From positions 2,848,001 to 2,912,000 of the forward strand of contig OZ242180.1 of assembly GCA_965205485.1 (NCBI GenBank): DNA of 64,000 nucleotides. The letters are read 5' to 3'. The notes below the pieces were generated by a model. It did no database searches, had not been told where the DNA came from, and saw only the letters and a list, made by a program, of their open reading frames with translations. Origin of the DNA: Candidatus Latescibacterota bacterium. GTDB lineage: Bacteria; Latescibacterota; UBA2968; GCA-2709665. Position 1 is the stretch's first letter. Every line of letters starts with the position of its first letter. The position numbers and the translations under genes were made by a program. Below are positions 28,451 to 38,823 of the stretch, piece after piece.

Positions 28451-30643
28451 ATGGCCTTCACAATGAGGATCCAGAGACGTTTCGATTCCGTCAGCGCCGC
28501 CAAAACCTGGAACAGTAAGCCGGAATCCCGTTCGGGCGACAGGGATCTCCTGCCTGACATCTTCGGCAAAGACACCTTTGGGCTGAGCGAAATGCAGTCG
28601 AGGCTTCCGGAAAACGTATTCAATCAGCTTGTTCGGACGATTCACCACGGGAAGCAACTCGATTCCGATATCGCAGACACCGTGGCCGCGGCGATGAAGG
28701 ACTGGGCGCTCTCGATGGGCGCGACGCACTACACGCACTGGTTCCAGCCGCTCACGGGGCACACGGCCGAAAAGCACGACTCCTTCCTGAAAGTTGGCGC
28801 GGATGCCCGAGCAATCACCGAATTCGGCGGCGAGGAACTGGTACAGGGCGAACCGGACGCGTCGTCGTTCCCCTCGGGTGGCTTACGGGCCACCTTCGAG
28901 GCGCGCGGCTACACGGCCTGGGATCCTACGTCTCCCGCTTTCATCATGGGCGGCGAGTCGGCAACTTACCTTTGCATTCCCACCGCCTTTTCGAGCTGGA
29001 CGGGAGAGAGTCTCGATGCCAAGATCCCACTGCTCCGTTCGATGGACGCACTCGACCGTGTCACGCGACGAGCGCTCAAGCTCTTCGGTATCGACGCCGG
29101 GATGGTAACGGCCAGCCTCGGTCCCGAGCAGGAGTTCTTTCTCGTCGACCGCGAGTTCTACTACCGTAGACCCGACCTCATGACCTCGGGCCGGACGCTC
29201 TTCGGGGCAAAGCCTCCGAGGGGGCAGGAACTCGACGACCACTATTTCGGACAGATCCACGAGCGAGTGCTGGCGTGCATCCAGTCCATCGAGATGGAAC
29301 TGTACCGGCTGGGCGTGCCGATGAAGACTCGCCATAACGAGGTGGCGCCGGGGCAATACGAGATGGCGCCGGTCTACGAGAATGCGAACGTGGCGTCGGA
29401 CCATCAGCAACTGATGATGAGGATCCTCGAGCGAAGCGCGCGCAGTTACGGATTCATCTGCCTCTTGCATGAGAAGCCCTTCGCAGGGATCAACGGCAGC
29501 GGCAAGCACCTGAACTGGTCCTTCGGTACTCCGGACCGTAACCTGATGGATCCTGGTGACACGCCACACGACAACCTGATGTTTCTGTTTTTCTGTACCG
29601 CCGTGATGAGCGCGGTCGAGCAACATCAGGACCTGCTCCTGGCCAGCGTCTCCAGCGCCGGGAACGATCACCGCCTGGGCGCCAATGAAGCCCCGCCGTC
29701 CATCATCTCGGTGTTCCTGGGCAGCCAGCTCGAAGACATCTTCAACCAGCTCGAGAAATCCGGAAAGGCGGAGAAGCGGGAACACGATGGGCTCCTCGGC
29801 TTGGGGGTCAATGTCCTCCCTGACCTTGCGCGCCACTCCGGAGACCGCAACCGCACGTCTCCATTTGCTTTCACCGGGAACAAGTTCGAGTTCCGCGCAG
29901 TCGGCTCGTCCGCGAATATTTCGCTGCCGGCAACCGTCCTCAATACGATCGTGGCGGAGGCGATCGACAATTGGACGGAGCTGCTGGAGCCGATTGTCGA
30001 CGCCGGCACCTCGATCGAGGATGCGCTCTGGACGCTGTTGGCAAACGAGATCCCGTCCTTCAAGCGGATCATTTTCAACGGCGACAATTACGCGACCGAG
30101 TGGGTCGAGGAGGCCGCGCGCCGCGGGCTGTTCAACTCGGGATCGGCGGTCGATGCCCTGGCAGCGCTCGCCTCACCCAAAAACCAGGGGCTCTTCGACA
30201 GGTACGGCGTCTTGACCCCACGCGAACTGGGGGCCAGGCTGGAGGTACTCACCGAGCAGTACTTCATCAAGATCAATATTGAAGGCGAAACAGTCGCGCA
30301 CATGGCCCGCTGCATGATACTGCCCGCCGCGGTCGCCTACCTCGAGCATCTCACGTCGGCGTGGAACGGGACGAAGGAGGCGGGCGGCTCCACAAAGGGT
30401 CTCGAAAGCAACATCGTGCGGGTTTCCGGCCTGATCGATGAATTGAGTAATGCGCTGGACCGGCTAGACACGCAGAACGAAGAACTCGGCGGAGACGAGA
30501 TGTCGTCCAAGGTGGTCCACATGCGAGACAATGTGATCCCGGCGATGAACGCGGTGCGCGAAGTGGCGGACCGGTTGGAGAAAGTGATTCCGGACGATCT
30601 GTGGCCGTTGCCGACGTACCGCGACATGCTGTTCGTAAGGTAG
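28451..30643 (+). CDS. glnA: Glutamine synthetase type III
   Basis: THWFQPLTG.TAEKHD, EPDASSFPSGGLRATFEARGY, HNEVAP.Q.E, HEKPFAGINGSGKH, HRLGANEAPP, DRNRTSPFAFTGNKFEFR. Confidence 0.97.
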   Translation: MAFTMRIQRRFDSVSAAKTWNSKPESRSGDRDLLPDIFGKDTFGLSEMQSRLPENVFNQLVRTIHHGKQLDSDIADTVAAAMKDWALSMGATHYTHWFQPLTGHTAEKHDSFLKVGADARAITEFGGEELVQGEPDASSFPSGGLRATFEARGYTAWDPTSPAFIMGGESATYLCIPTAFSSWTGESLDAKIPLLRSMDALDRVTRRALKLFGIDAGMVTASLGPEQEFFLVDREFYYRRPDLMTSGRTLFGAKPPRGQELDDHYFGQIHERVLACIQSIEMELYRLGVPMKTRHNEVAPGQYEMAPVYENANVASDHQQLMMRILERSARSYGFICLLHEKPFAGINGSGKHLNWSFGTPDRNLMDPGDTPHDNLMFLFFCTAVMSAVEQHQDLLLASVSSAGNDHRLGANEAPPSIISVFLGSQLEDIFNQLEKSGKAEKREHDGLLGLGVNVLPDLARHSGDRNRTSPFAFTGNKFEFRAVGSSANISLPATVLNTIVAEAIDNWTELLEPIVDAGTSIEDALWTLLANEIPSFKRIIFNGDNYATEWVEEAARRGLFNSGSAVDALAALASPKNQGLFDRYGVLTPRELGARLEVLTEQYFIKINIEGETVAHMARCMILPAAVAYLEHLTSAWNGTKEAGGSTKGLESNIVRVSGLIDELSNALDRLDTQNEELGGDEMSSKVVHMRDNVIPAMNAVREVADRLEKVIPDDLWPLPTYRDMLFVR

Positions 30644-30822
30644 GCCTCGTGTGAACGCGGGCTAAAGCGCAGATTTGGTATCGAGCCCTTTACCGCGACG
30701 GCTTCATGGATCCGGGTTCGAGTGCGGCTCTCTGCGTACCGGCTACAAACGCCGGCAGCGAAGCGGAATCTGCTGTGCCTGCGGCCTGCCCGTCAGCAAA
30801 CCCTGGCTTGCGAAAATTCAAC

Positions 30823-30851
30823 TTGACATTGAATCGGCGCGACCCTAAGAT
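30823..30851 (+). promoter_or_regulatory. Sigma70-type promoter
   Basis: TTGACA-17-TAAGAT. Confidence 0.55.
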
Positions 30852-31045
30852 TAGACGTTTTGTTCTTTGACAGAACCGTACATATTGAATCCACTCCACG
30901 TAGCTGATCGGTGTCGTGGATATTGCAGGCCCAACCCGTTGACCTCCCCCAGGGATTTTCCCCGGCATCCATTTCGAAAGAAATGTCAACTTCCGGTGTG
31001 ATCCGTCAAGGAAACCACCTAATATCGAATGGAGGAATGAAGAAC

Positions 31046-31771
31046 ATGCCAACTCGCGCGCTCGTTCTCGTCATTACGCTTTGTCTGCTTGCCAGTCCGG
31101 CATTCGCCCAGATCGGGAATGTTTCCGTTGAGGGGGGCGTGGATCTCGTCTCCCATTATGTCTTTCGCGGCGTCGGCTTCACGAACAAGCCCACCGCGCA
31201 GCCTTCGCTCACCGTCGGTATCGGGGAATCCGGTTTTTCGTTCAATGTCTGGGGTTCCGCGTCATTAAAGCAAAGAAGCATTCAGGATGCGGGCGATGAA
31301 CTCGACTTCACGGTTACATACGACCGCAATCTGGGAGAACAGTATGAAAACGTGGGGCTGTCCTTCGGGATGATTCAATACACGTTTCCAAGCCTGGAGA
31401 AGGGCGAGAGACTCACCACCGAGTTTTTCGCAGGCCTGAGCCTGGATGCACCGGCCTCCCCGTCGGTTACGCTCTATCGCGACCTGGGCCAGTTCGATTA
31501 CTGGTATATCAACGCCAATATCGGTCATGAAATCGGACTGACTCCGGAGGGCAATGTTACGCTCGGGTTCGCCGCAGACATTGCATACAGCGACACGACC
31601 GACAAATTCGAATTCAACCATGTCGGTGCTTCCGTTTCGGTGGGTGTCAGCCATAGCTACTTCTCGTTGTCGCCCACCATCGGTGTCATTCGCAGGATCG
31701 AAGACATCGTTGAAGACGGAGGCGAGCCGACCCGGGTCTGGGGCGGCGTCAGCCTCGGTTTCGCACTCTAG
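31046..31771 (+). CDS. TorF/TIGR02001-like putative outer-membrane porin
   Basis: Signal peptide, DLVSHYVFRG, P.AQP, NVWGS, ELD, alternating beta-strands. Confidence 0.7.
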   Translation: MPTRALVLVITLCLLASPAFAQIGNVSVEGGVDLVSHYVFRGVGFTNKPTAQPSLTVGIGESGFSFNVWGSASLKQRSIQDAGDELDFTVTYDRNLGEQYENVGLSFGMIQYTFPSLEKGERLTTEFFAGLSLDAPASPSVTLYRDLGQFDYWYINANIGHEIGLTPEGNVTLGFAADIAYSDTTDKFEFNHVGASVSVGVSHSYFSLSPTIGVIRRIEDIVEDGGEPTRVWGGVSLGFAL

Positions 31772-31978
31772 AAACACAGGGACGGCCTATAAGCAGGATC
31801 AACACTGGCTCAGCGGCCGCGTGAGTTGCGACCGCACACATATCGTAATGTCGGCGTCGGGACGATTTCAATCGTCCCGGTGTCGTTTTGGCCAAACCGC
31901 AAGCGCGACTGAATCGTCTGCGACACGTTCAGGAACACGAGCGACGAACCGGGTTGGGCGTGCGGCGGCGAACTGAAC

Positions 31979-33247
31979 TTGGAAACCGGCGCTATGCGAA
32001 AGTCATCGTGGGGGTTCATCCTGTCCCTGGGCGTGTCCACGCCCTTTGTCGCATTGGCTGACGGGAAAGGCGTTGCGGGCGTTGCCCCGGCCGACCCTGC
32101 GCTCCAACGGTTCGTGCAAGCGGTGGTCGACGCAAATCCACGCGTCAAGGCGGCTCGGGCCGCGCTGGAGGCGAGACGGAGCGATCGAGACGCCGCATCC
32201 CGACCGCTTTACAACCCGGAAATCAATGCAGACTACGAAAGAACGCACGAAACCCGCTACTGGGTCGGCATCGGGTATACGATCGACTGGGGCGGTAAGG
32301 GCAGGGCCCGCAGCGCGCTCGCGGAATCGGAGCGGCGTCTCGCCGAGGCGGCGGTCACCCTTGTACGCCGCGGCGTTGCCATTGACCTGCTGAACGGCCT
32401 GGCCGCCCATCGGGCCGGCGTCGAACGCGACAGCCTGGCCGCGCGGCGCCAGAGGTTAATGTACGACTTCGCGGAGCTCGCGCAGCGCAGGTTCGAGACG
32501 GGCGACGTGAGCCAGGTAGAACTTGATCTGGCGCGTCTTGCATCCGTGGAAGCGCGAATCAATAGAGCGACCGCGGCGGCTTCGCTTGCAGGAGCAAAAC
32601 AGGCGGTCCGTGTTTTCGTTCCGGACCTCCCTCCGTCACAGTGGCCTTCGCTCTCTTCCTCTCTGCCGGACCTGCTCGATGGCACCGACGTTCAGTCCCT
32701 GATCGAGGCGCTCCCGGAAGTCCTCGCCGCAACTCGCCGGGCGGATGCCGCCAAGGCCCTCGTTGAACTTCGCCGCAGGGAACGGCGACCGGATCCGACG
32801 TTAAGCCTGGGTGGCGGCAGCGAGGCAGGCGACCGGCTCACGGTTGTGGAGCTGTCGATCCCGCTGCCGCTGCTCAACCGGTTCGGTGACGAAGTGGATG
32901 CGGCCGCGGCCGAACACCGCGGGGCGCAGCAGGCCCGGGAAGACGTGGCGCGACGCGCCCGTGCCCGGCTGATCAGTGCGATGGAACGCTACCGGCTGGC
33001 GCGGACCGCGTGGGAAGACTGGCGGAAGACCGGACAGGCGAGCCTTGAGAGGCAGCGGGAACAACTGCGAAGGCTGTGGCAAGCCGGCGACATCGGCACG
33101 ACGGATTATCTTGTGCATGCCGGTAAGACGCTGGATCTCCGGAAAAGTGCGCTTGACCTGCGGGAAACGCTGTGGGGGGCGTGGCTGGAGTGGTTGTCGG
33201 CTTCGGGACAGGTGGACGCATGGATCGGTTTCACCGCGGACCGTTGA
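31979..33247 (+). CDS. czcC: TolC/CzcC family outer-membrane efflux protein
   Basis: ANPRV, RFETGDVS, LSIPLPLLNR; first gene of an RND operon. Confidence 0.85.
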   Translation: METGAMRKSSWGFILSLGVSTPFVALADGKGVAGVAPADPALQRFVQAVVDANPRVKAARAALEARRSDRDAASRPLYNPEINADYERTHETRYWVGIGYTIDWGGKGRARSALAESERRLAEAAVTLVRRGVAIDLLNGLAAHRAGVERDSLAARRQRLMYDFAELAQRRFETGDVSQVELDLARLASVEARINRATAAASLAGAKQAVRVFVPDLPPSQWPSLSSSLPDLLDGTDVQSLIEALPEVLAATRRADAAKALVELRRRERRPDPTLSLGGGSEAGDRLTVVELSIPLPLLNRFGDEVDAAAAEHRGAQQAREDVARRARARLISAMERYRLARTAWEDWRKTGQASLERQREQLRRLWQAGDIGTTDYLVHAGKTLDLRKSALDLRETLWGAWLEWLSASGQVDAWIGFTADR

Positions 33248-33284
33248 ATCGTCGTATCGGGCGAATCGAGATGGAGAAACACCA

Positions 33285-34406
33285 ATGAACTCCAGGACAC
33301 TCGTTGCATTTTGCGTGAACCTGGCGATCGCTGCCCCTGTCTTTGCGGAGGATGCCGGCCACGGAAAGCCAGGAGGCGACGCGTCCGGAATAGTCGAACT
33401 GACCGCCGAGGAGCAGCGCGCTGCCGGCGTTGTTGTTGACCGCGTTTCACGACGGGCGTTGGGCGAGACCATTCGCGTGCCCGGGAACGTGGAGATCAAT
33501 ATGTACAGGTCCTCCCGGGTTACGCCCCGCATTACGGCTCAGGTCGTCGCACGCCACGTTATCCTCGGTGAATCGGTCAGCGCCGGCCAGCGGATGGTGA
33601 CGCTGTCCAGCGTAGCCATGGCGGAGGCGCAGGCTGAATTGATCGTTGCCAACCGGGAATGGGAACGTTCCAGGAGCCTTGGTCCGGAATCCGTGTCCGA
33701 ACGACGATACACGGAGGCGCGGGTCGCCCGACAGCTGGCGCTGGCCAGAGTTCTGGCCTACGGCATGACCGAGGCGCAGGCGGATGCGCTGATGAGTACC
33801 TCCGAGGCGGAAGGAGCCAGCGGCGTGTTCGATCTGCTGTCACCGCAGGACGGGACGGTTTTGCAGGACAACTTCATCGTAGGCGAACTGATTGAACCCG
33901 GACGCGTGCTGTTCGATATCAGTGACGAATCCGTAATGTGGGTGGAAGCCCGTCCGATCGCCGTGGGCGTGCCCGATATCCACACGGGCGTGCCGGCCCG
34001 GGTCACTCCCGATGGCGTGAACTGGATTGACGGCAAGGTTGTTCAACGCTACCACCGCGTGGACGAGACCACCCGCACCCACGGCGTTCGCATCGAAGTG
34101 GACAACGCGGACGACCAGTTGCACGAGAGGCAGTTCGTCGAGGTAGAGATCGTAACCGGAAGCGGGGATACGGTGTTGGCTGTGCCCAGCGCCGCGGTGA
34201 CAATGATCGGTAACACACCTACCGTGTTCAAAGTCGAGCACGGTCATGAATTTCACGCGGAATCCGTTGTTTCAGGTCCTACCGTAGGCGACTGGACGGC
34301 TGTCTCGGCCGGGCTTCGCGAGGGGGACGTGATTGCGGTCGCCGGCATATTTCATCTCAAATCGCTGATGCTCAAGTCCTCGCTGGGCGGCGGCCACGCG
34401 CACTAG
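33285..34406 (+). CDS. czcB: RND periplasmic adaptor subunit
   Basis: SPQDGTV, GELIEPG, VDETTRT, LAVPSAAV; C-terminal GGGHAH. Confidence 0.88.
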   Translation: MNSRTLVAFCVNLAIAAPVFAEDAGHGKPGGDASGIVELTAEEQRAAGVVVDRVSRRALGETIRVPGNVEINMYRSSRVTPRITAQVVARHVILGESVSAGQRMVTLSSVAMAEAQAELIVANREWERSRSLGPESVSERRYTEARVARQLALARVLAYGMTEAQADALMSTSEAEGASGVFDLLSPQDGTVLQDNFIVGELIEPGRVLFDISDESVMWVEARPIAVGVPDIHTGVPARVTPDGVNWIDGKVVQRYHRVDETTRTHGVRIEVDNADDQLHERQFVEVEIVTGSGDTVLAVPSAAVTMIGNTPTVFKVEHGHEFHAESVVSGPTVGDWTAVSAGLREGDVIAVAGIFHLKSLMLKSSLGGGHAH

Positions 34407-34415
34407 GGGAACAGG

Positions 34416-37400
34416 GTGCTGGATAAACTGGTTGAAACCTCGGTGCGCTACAAAGTCCTCGTCCTCATCGCATTCGCGGTGGTCGCCTTTCTGGGGTGGC
34501 GCGCGTATGTAACCGTCCCGATCGATGCTTTCCCCGACGTGACACCCGCCCAGGTCAACATTTACACCGAATCGCCGGGTCTGGCCGCGGAGGACGTCGA
34601 ACAGCTTCTCACCTTTCCCATCGAATCCGGTATGGCGGGCTTGCCGAGGGTGCAGCAGATCCGCTCGGTCAGCCTGTTCGGTCTGTCGTACGTGGCGGTG
34701 TATTTCGAAGACGACATGGACATCTACTTTGCTCGTCGCCTCGTAATGGAACGCCTCCAGGAAGTCGGAGACCGGATTCCCGAAGGTTACGGCACGCCGG
34801 AGATGGGGCCGAATTCCTCGGGCCTGGGCCAGGTGTTCTGGTACACGCTCGAGCGGGCGGATGAAAAGCTCAACGCCGACATCTCGGACATGGATCTGCG
34901 GACGCTCCACGACTGGAGCGTCCGCCTGGTTTTGCGCACGGCGCCAGGCGTGGACGACGTGATTTCCTGGGGAGGCCAGGAGCGCCAGTACCAGGTGGTT
35001 ATGCATCCGTTGAGTCTCATTGAATACGACCTCACCTTCACCGACGTCATCGAAGTGATCGAGGCCAACAACAGGCAGGTCGGGGGTCAATACGTCAACC
35101 TCGGCGCAGAGCAGTTTCTCGTGCGCGGATTGGGCCTGGTCGCGAACGAAGAGGACATCGGCGCAATGGTCCTCAAGGTAGAGGACGGCACGCCGGTCTA
35201 CCTGCGCGACGTCGCGGACATTGTACAGGGTGGCGCCCTGCGTTTCGGCGCCGTGACCCGCGACGGTAAGGAAGTCGTGCTGGGTATGGCCCTTTCGCGC
35301 ATCGGCGAAAACGCCGCTAAGGTGGTCGATGCCGTAAAAGAGAAAGTTGCAATCGTCAACAGGTTGCTTCCGGAAGGCGTTATCCTGCGTCCCGTTTACG
35401 AACGCACGGACCTGGTGGAGCGATCGGTGAACACGGCGAGAAACGCACTTGTGCAGGGCGCTGTTGTGGTGGCCGTCGTGTTGTTTCTCTTTCTCGGCGA
35501 ACTGCGTTCGGCAGTGGTTGTGATCGCGTCCATACCGCTTGCGATGCTGGTCGCCTTCATCTTCATGGGTCAGGCGGGACTCTCTGCGAACCTGATGTCG
35601 CTGGCCGGCCTCGCGGTTGGGATCGGCATGATCGTCGACGGCGCCGTGGTCGTGGTCGAGAACGCCTTTCGCATTATGGCGGAGCAGAAGGAAGCCGGTC
35701 AGACCGTCGACCGTTCCCGCGCCGTGCTGGCCGCCGCGCGAAGCGTGGCGAATCCGATTGCCTTCGCCATCATTATCATCATTGTGGTGTTTCTACCGCT
35801 GTTTGCGCTTGAGGGACTCGAAGGAAAACTGTTCAAGCCCATGGCATTCAATATCAGCTTCGCGATGGCCGGTTCGCTCGTGCTGACGCTCACGCTGATC
35901 CCTGTGTTGGCCGCACTGATCCTCAAGCCGAAGGAGCAGCGCGATACGTGGCTCGTACGCGCGGTCAGGGCGTGGTATATCCCGCTCCTGTCCGGCGCCC
36001 TCGCGAACAAGAAGGTCGTGGTCCGTGTCGCCGTGGGGCTGTTGGCGGCAAGTCTCGCGCTCTTTCCCTTTCTCGGCAGGGAGTTCATGCCCCAGTTGCA
36101 GGAGGGCTCGATCATGTGGCGCGTCACGTCCATCCCGTCCGCGTCGCTCGAGCAGTCGATTGCAATTTCCAAGGACATTGAGAACGCCCTGTCCGGGTTT
36201 CCGGAGGTCAAGACCACCGTGGCCATGATCGGACGCGCCGAAAAGGGCGAGACGGCAGACGTAAACTACATGGAGATCTATACCGAACTCAAGCCCGAAG
36301 ATGAGTGGCCGGGCGACAGGGACATCGGGGAACTCGCAGTAGCGATGCGGGAGAAACTGGAACTCGTGGTACCCACGGCCGTCGTGGCGTTCACGCAGCC
36401 GATCCAGATGCGGGTGGAGGAACTCATATCCGGCGTTCGCGCGACGCTTGCCGCAAAGATCTACGGTGAGGACCTGTCGGAACTCGACCGGTTGAGCTCC
36501 CGGGTCAAGGATGTCATTGCCTCTGTCGACGGTGTGGCCGACCTGTCGCTCGAGGCCAATGTCGGCAAGCCGCAGATCCGCATCCAAGTCAGGAGAGACC
36601 GCCTTGCGCGCTTCGGTATGAACGCCGACGATGTGTTGTCGGTTGTGCGGACGGGTATCGGCAACGAACCGGTGTCTACCCTGATCGACGGCGTCCGACG
36701 GTTCGACATCACCGCACGACTGGAAGACGCGTCCAAGTCCTCCGTGCAGGCGATCGAGCGCATCCCGCTCAAGACGCCCACCGGCGCCATCATTCCCCTT
36801 TCGGAAGTCACCCACGTGAGCGTGGCGCAGGGATATTCGTTCGTGCGACGGGAGCAGCTGTATCGTTACGCCGTCATTCAAATGGACGTCCGGGGCCGCG
36901 ATATCGACGGGTTTGTCCGCGACGCGAACGCGGCCATTGAGAGACTCGTCGACCTGCCGCCGGGTTACTGGATCGAATGGGGTGGCGCGTTCGAGAATCA
37001 GCAGCGCGCGCTGGCGCGACTGTCGGTAATCGTTCCGCTGACAATTTTCTTTATTTTCGTGCTGCTGTACACGGCGTTCAATTCGGTGAAATATGCCACG
37101 TTGATCATCGCAAACGTGCCGTTTGCCACGATCGGGGGACTGATCGCGCTCTTCATCAGCGGACAGTACGTGTCGGTGCCCTCGGCAATCGGATTCATCG
37201 CCGTGTTCGGCGTGGCGATGCTGAACGGCATCGTTCTCGTCAGCTTTATCAACGAACTCAGGCAGCAGGGCCATTCCGTCGAAGAAGCGGTGCGGCAGGG
37301 CGCGGCGCTCCGCCTGCGACCCGTTCTGATGACCGCGAGTACGTCCATCCTGGGCCTGATGCCGATGTTGCTGTCTTCGGGTGTGGGCGCCGAGACGCAG

Positions 37401-37520
37401 CGTCCGCTCGCTTCCGTTGTGGTGGGCGGTCTCATCACCTCGACCCTGTTGACGCTGGTCCTCCTGCCGGTGATCTACGAGTGGATGGAAAAACGCGCCG
37501 AACGTCGGGCGAAACTGTAA
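34416..37520 (+). CDS. czcA: CusA/CzcA heavy-metal RND efflux pump
   Basis: PIDAFPDVT, ANLMSL, GMIVDGAVVVVEN, EGKLFKPMA, RLRPVLMTA, QRPLA. Confidence 0.95.
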   Translation: MLDKLVETSVRYKVLVLIAFAVVAFLGWRAYVTVPIDAFPDVTPAQVNIYTESPGLAAEDVEQLLTFPIESGMAGLPRVQQIRSVSLFGLSYVAVYFEDDMDIYFARRLVMERLQEVGDRIPEGYGTPEMGPNSSGLGQVFWYTLERADEKLNADISDMDLRTLHDWSVRLVLRTAPGVDDVISWGGQERQYQVVMHPLSLIEYDLTFTDVIEVIEANNRQVGGQYVNLGAEQFLVRGLGLVANEEDIGAMVLKVEDGTPVYLRDVADIVQGGALRFGAVTRDGKEVVLGMALSRIGENAAKVVDAVKEKVAIVNRLLPEGVILRPVYERTDLVERSVNTARNALVQGAVVVAVVLFLFLGELRSAVVVIASIPLAMLVAFIFMGQAGLSANLMSLAGLAVGIGMIVDGAVVVVENAFRIMAEQKEAGQTVDRSRAVLAAARSVANPIAFAIIIIIVVFLPLFALEGLEGKLFKPMAFNISFAMAGSLVLTLTLIPVLAALILKPKEQRDTWLVRAVRAWYIPLLSGALANKKVVVRVAVGLLAASLALFPFLGREFMPQLQEGSIMWRVTSIPSASLEQSIAISKDIENALSGFPEVKTTVAMIGRAEKGETADVNYMEIYTELKPEDEWPGDRDIGELAVAMREKLELVVPTAVVAFTQPIQMRVEELISGVRATLAAKIYGEDLSELDRLSSRVKDVIASVDGVADLSLEANVGKPQIRIQVRRDRLARFGMNADDVLSVVRTGIGNEPVSTLIDGVRRFDITARLEDASKSSVQAIERIPLKTPTGAIIPLSEVTHVSVAQGYSFVRREQLYRYAVIQMDVRGRDIDGFVRDANAAIERLVDLPPGYWIEWGGAFENQQRALARLSVIVPLTIFFIFVLLYTAFNSVKYATLIIANVPFATIGGLIALFISGQYVSVPSAIGFIAVFGVAMLNGIVLVSFINELRQQGHSVEEAVRQGAALRLRPVLMTASTSILGLMPMLLSSGVGAETQRPLASVVVGGLITSTLLTLVLLPVIYEWMEKRAERRAKL

Positions 37521-37541
37521 GTTTCTCAAAAGGAGAAAACC

Positions 37542-38819
37542 ATGAAGAGCGGCGTTGCGGTGGCGGATATAACGCCCGAACCGGGTCCCGTGCTGCAGGG
37601 ACACTGGAGTACGAATCCCTCGCACTCGGTGCTGTATCCGCTGGAAGTCCGGGCAATCGTGTTCGAAGAGGGGGCCGTAAGGACGGCGATCGCCACCCTC
37701 GATGTCATCGGCGTGACGAAAGAGACGACCGACCGGATCCGCGCACGGGTGACCGAGGCGTGCGGCATCCCCGGGGATCACGTGATGGTGGCGTGCAGCC
37801 ACACGCATTCAGCGCCGGCAACGCTGCCGGCGCTGGGAATGGAACCGCCTGAGGGGTGGATGGATACGATCGAAAGAGAAACCGCGGCGAGCATCGTCCG
37901 CGCGGCTTCGGACCTCAAACCGGTACGGATCGGGTTGGGCTGCGGATCGGCGCATTTCAATATCTGCCGGCGGCCGCTGCCCGGCGCATCCGGCATGACG
38001 CTGAATTTCGGCGGTATCGTGGACCGGCGCGCACGCGTGCTTCTGGTCGAAGCGGAGGACGGCGTTCCACAGGCGGTCCTGTTTCACTATTCATGTCATA
38101 CCACCACCAAGAGTGGGTCCGAGGGTTATATTTCGCCCGACTACGCGGGTATCGCCCGCCGTGTGATCGAAGATGCGATGGGGTGTAAGGCGCTGTTTCT
38201 GGCCGGGTGTTTCGGGAATATCCGGCCCGCCGTAATCAACCGGGAAACGGGAGGGTTCAAATCCGCCACCAAGGCCGAACTGGATGCCTGCGGCGAAGAG
38301 TTGGGCCGGGAGGTGGTGCGCGTGGCAGGGTGTCTGAAGACCCGGCGGTCCTCGCAGTTGAACGCGCGGCGTGCCGACGTGCGGATCTCATTCGGCGACC
38401 ACGATCCGATAGAGGAACTTCGTGAAAAGGCGACCGACGAGAGTGCAAGGGGACGCCTGTTGACTGGGCCGTGGGCCGGCGGCGTTCTGGAGATGATCGA
38501 AAGCAGCGGCATTCCCGACAGCCGCGCGACAGAGATGCAGTTGATGGCGGTGGGTCCGTTGACGTGTGTCACCATACCGGGCGAGCCGGTGCAGGAAATC
38601 GGCCACGCGATCGAAAGACGACTGCGGGGGCTGGTGGACGCGGATGACGTGTGGCCGGTGGGATACGCGAACGACGAAATCGGATACCTCTGTACGGATC
38701 GGCACTACGAGGAGGGGGGTTACGAGCCCAACGCGTACCCCTACTACGGCGAACCGGCTCGATTCCAGGGGGAGGAGCAGACCATCGTGCAGACAGCGGA
38801 GTCCCTTGCGAGGGGGTAG
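37542..38819 (+). CDS. Neutral/alkaline ceramidase N-terminal-domain family hydrolase
   Basis: DITP, SHTHSAP, YSCH, ISPDY.G, PGEP, GYAND..GY, EGGYE. Confidence 0.8.
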   Translation: MKSGVAVADITPEPGPVLQGHWSTNPSHSVLYPLEVRAIVFEEGAVRTAIATLDVIGVTKETTDRIRARVTEACGIPGDHVMVACSHTHSAPATLPALGMEPPEGWMDTIERETAASIVRAASDLKPVRIGLGCGSAHFNICRRPLPGASGMTLNFGGIVDRRARVLLVEAEDGVPQAVLFHYSCHTTTKSGSEGYISPDYAGIARRVIEDAMGCKALFLAGCFGNIRPAVINRETGGFKSATKAELDACGEELGREVVRVAGCLKTRRSSQLNARRADVRISFGDHDPIEELREKATDESARGRLLTGPWAGGVLEMIESSGIPDSRATEMQLMAVGPLTCVTIPGEPVQEIGHAIERRLRGLVDADDVWPVGYANDEIGYLCTDRHYEEGGYEPNAYPYYGEPARFQGEEQTIVQTAESLARG

Positions 38820-38823
38820 GGAT

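Noticed and set aside
35793..37808. 671-aa minus-strand ORF
   Set aside because: Antisense shadow of czcA; expected in GC-rich DNA.
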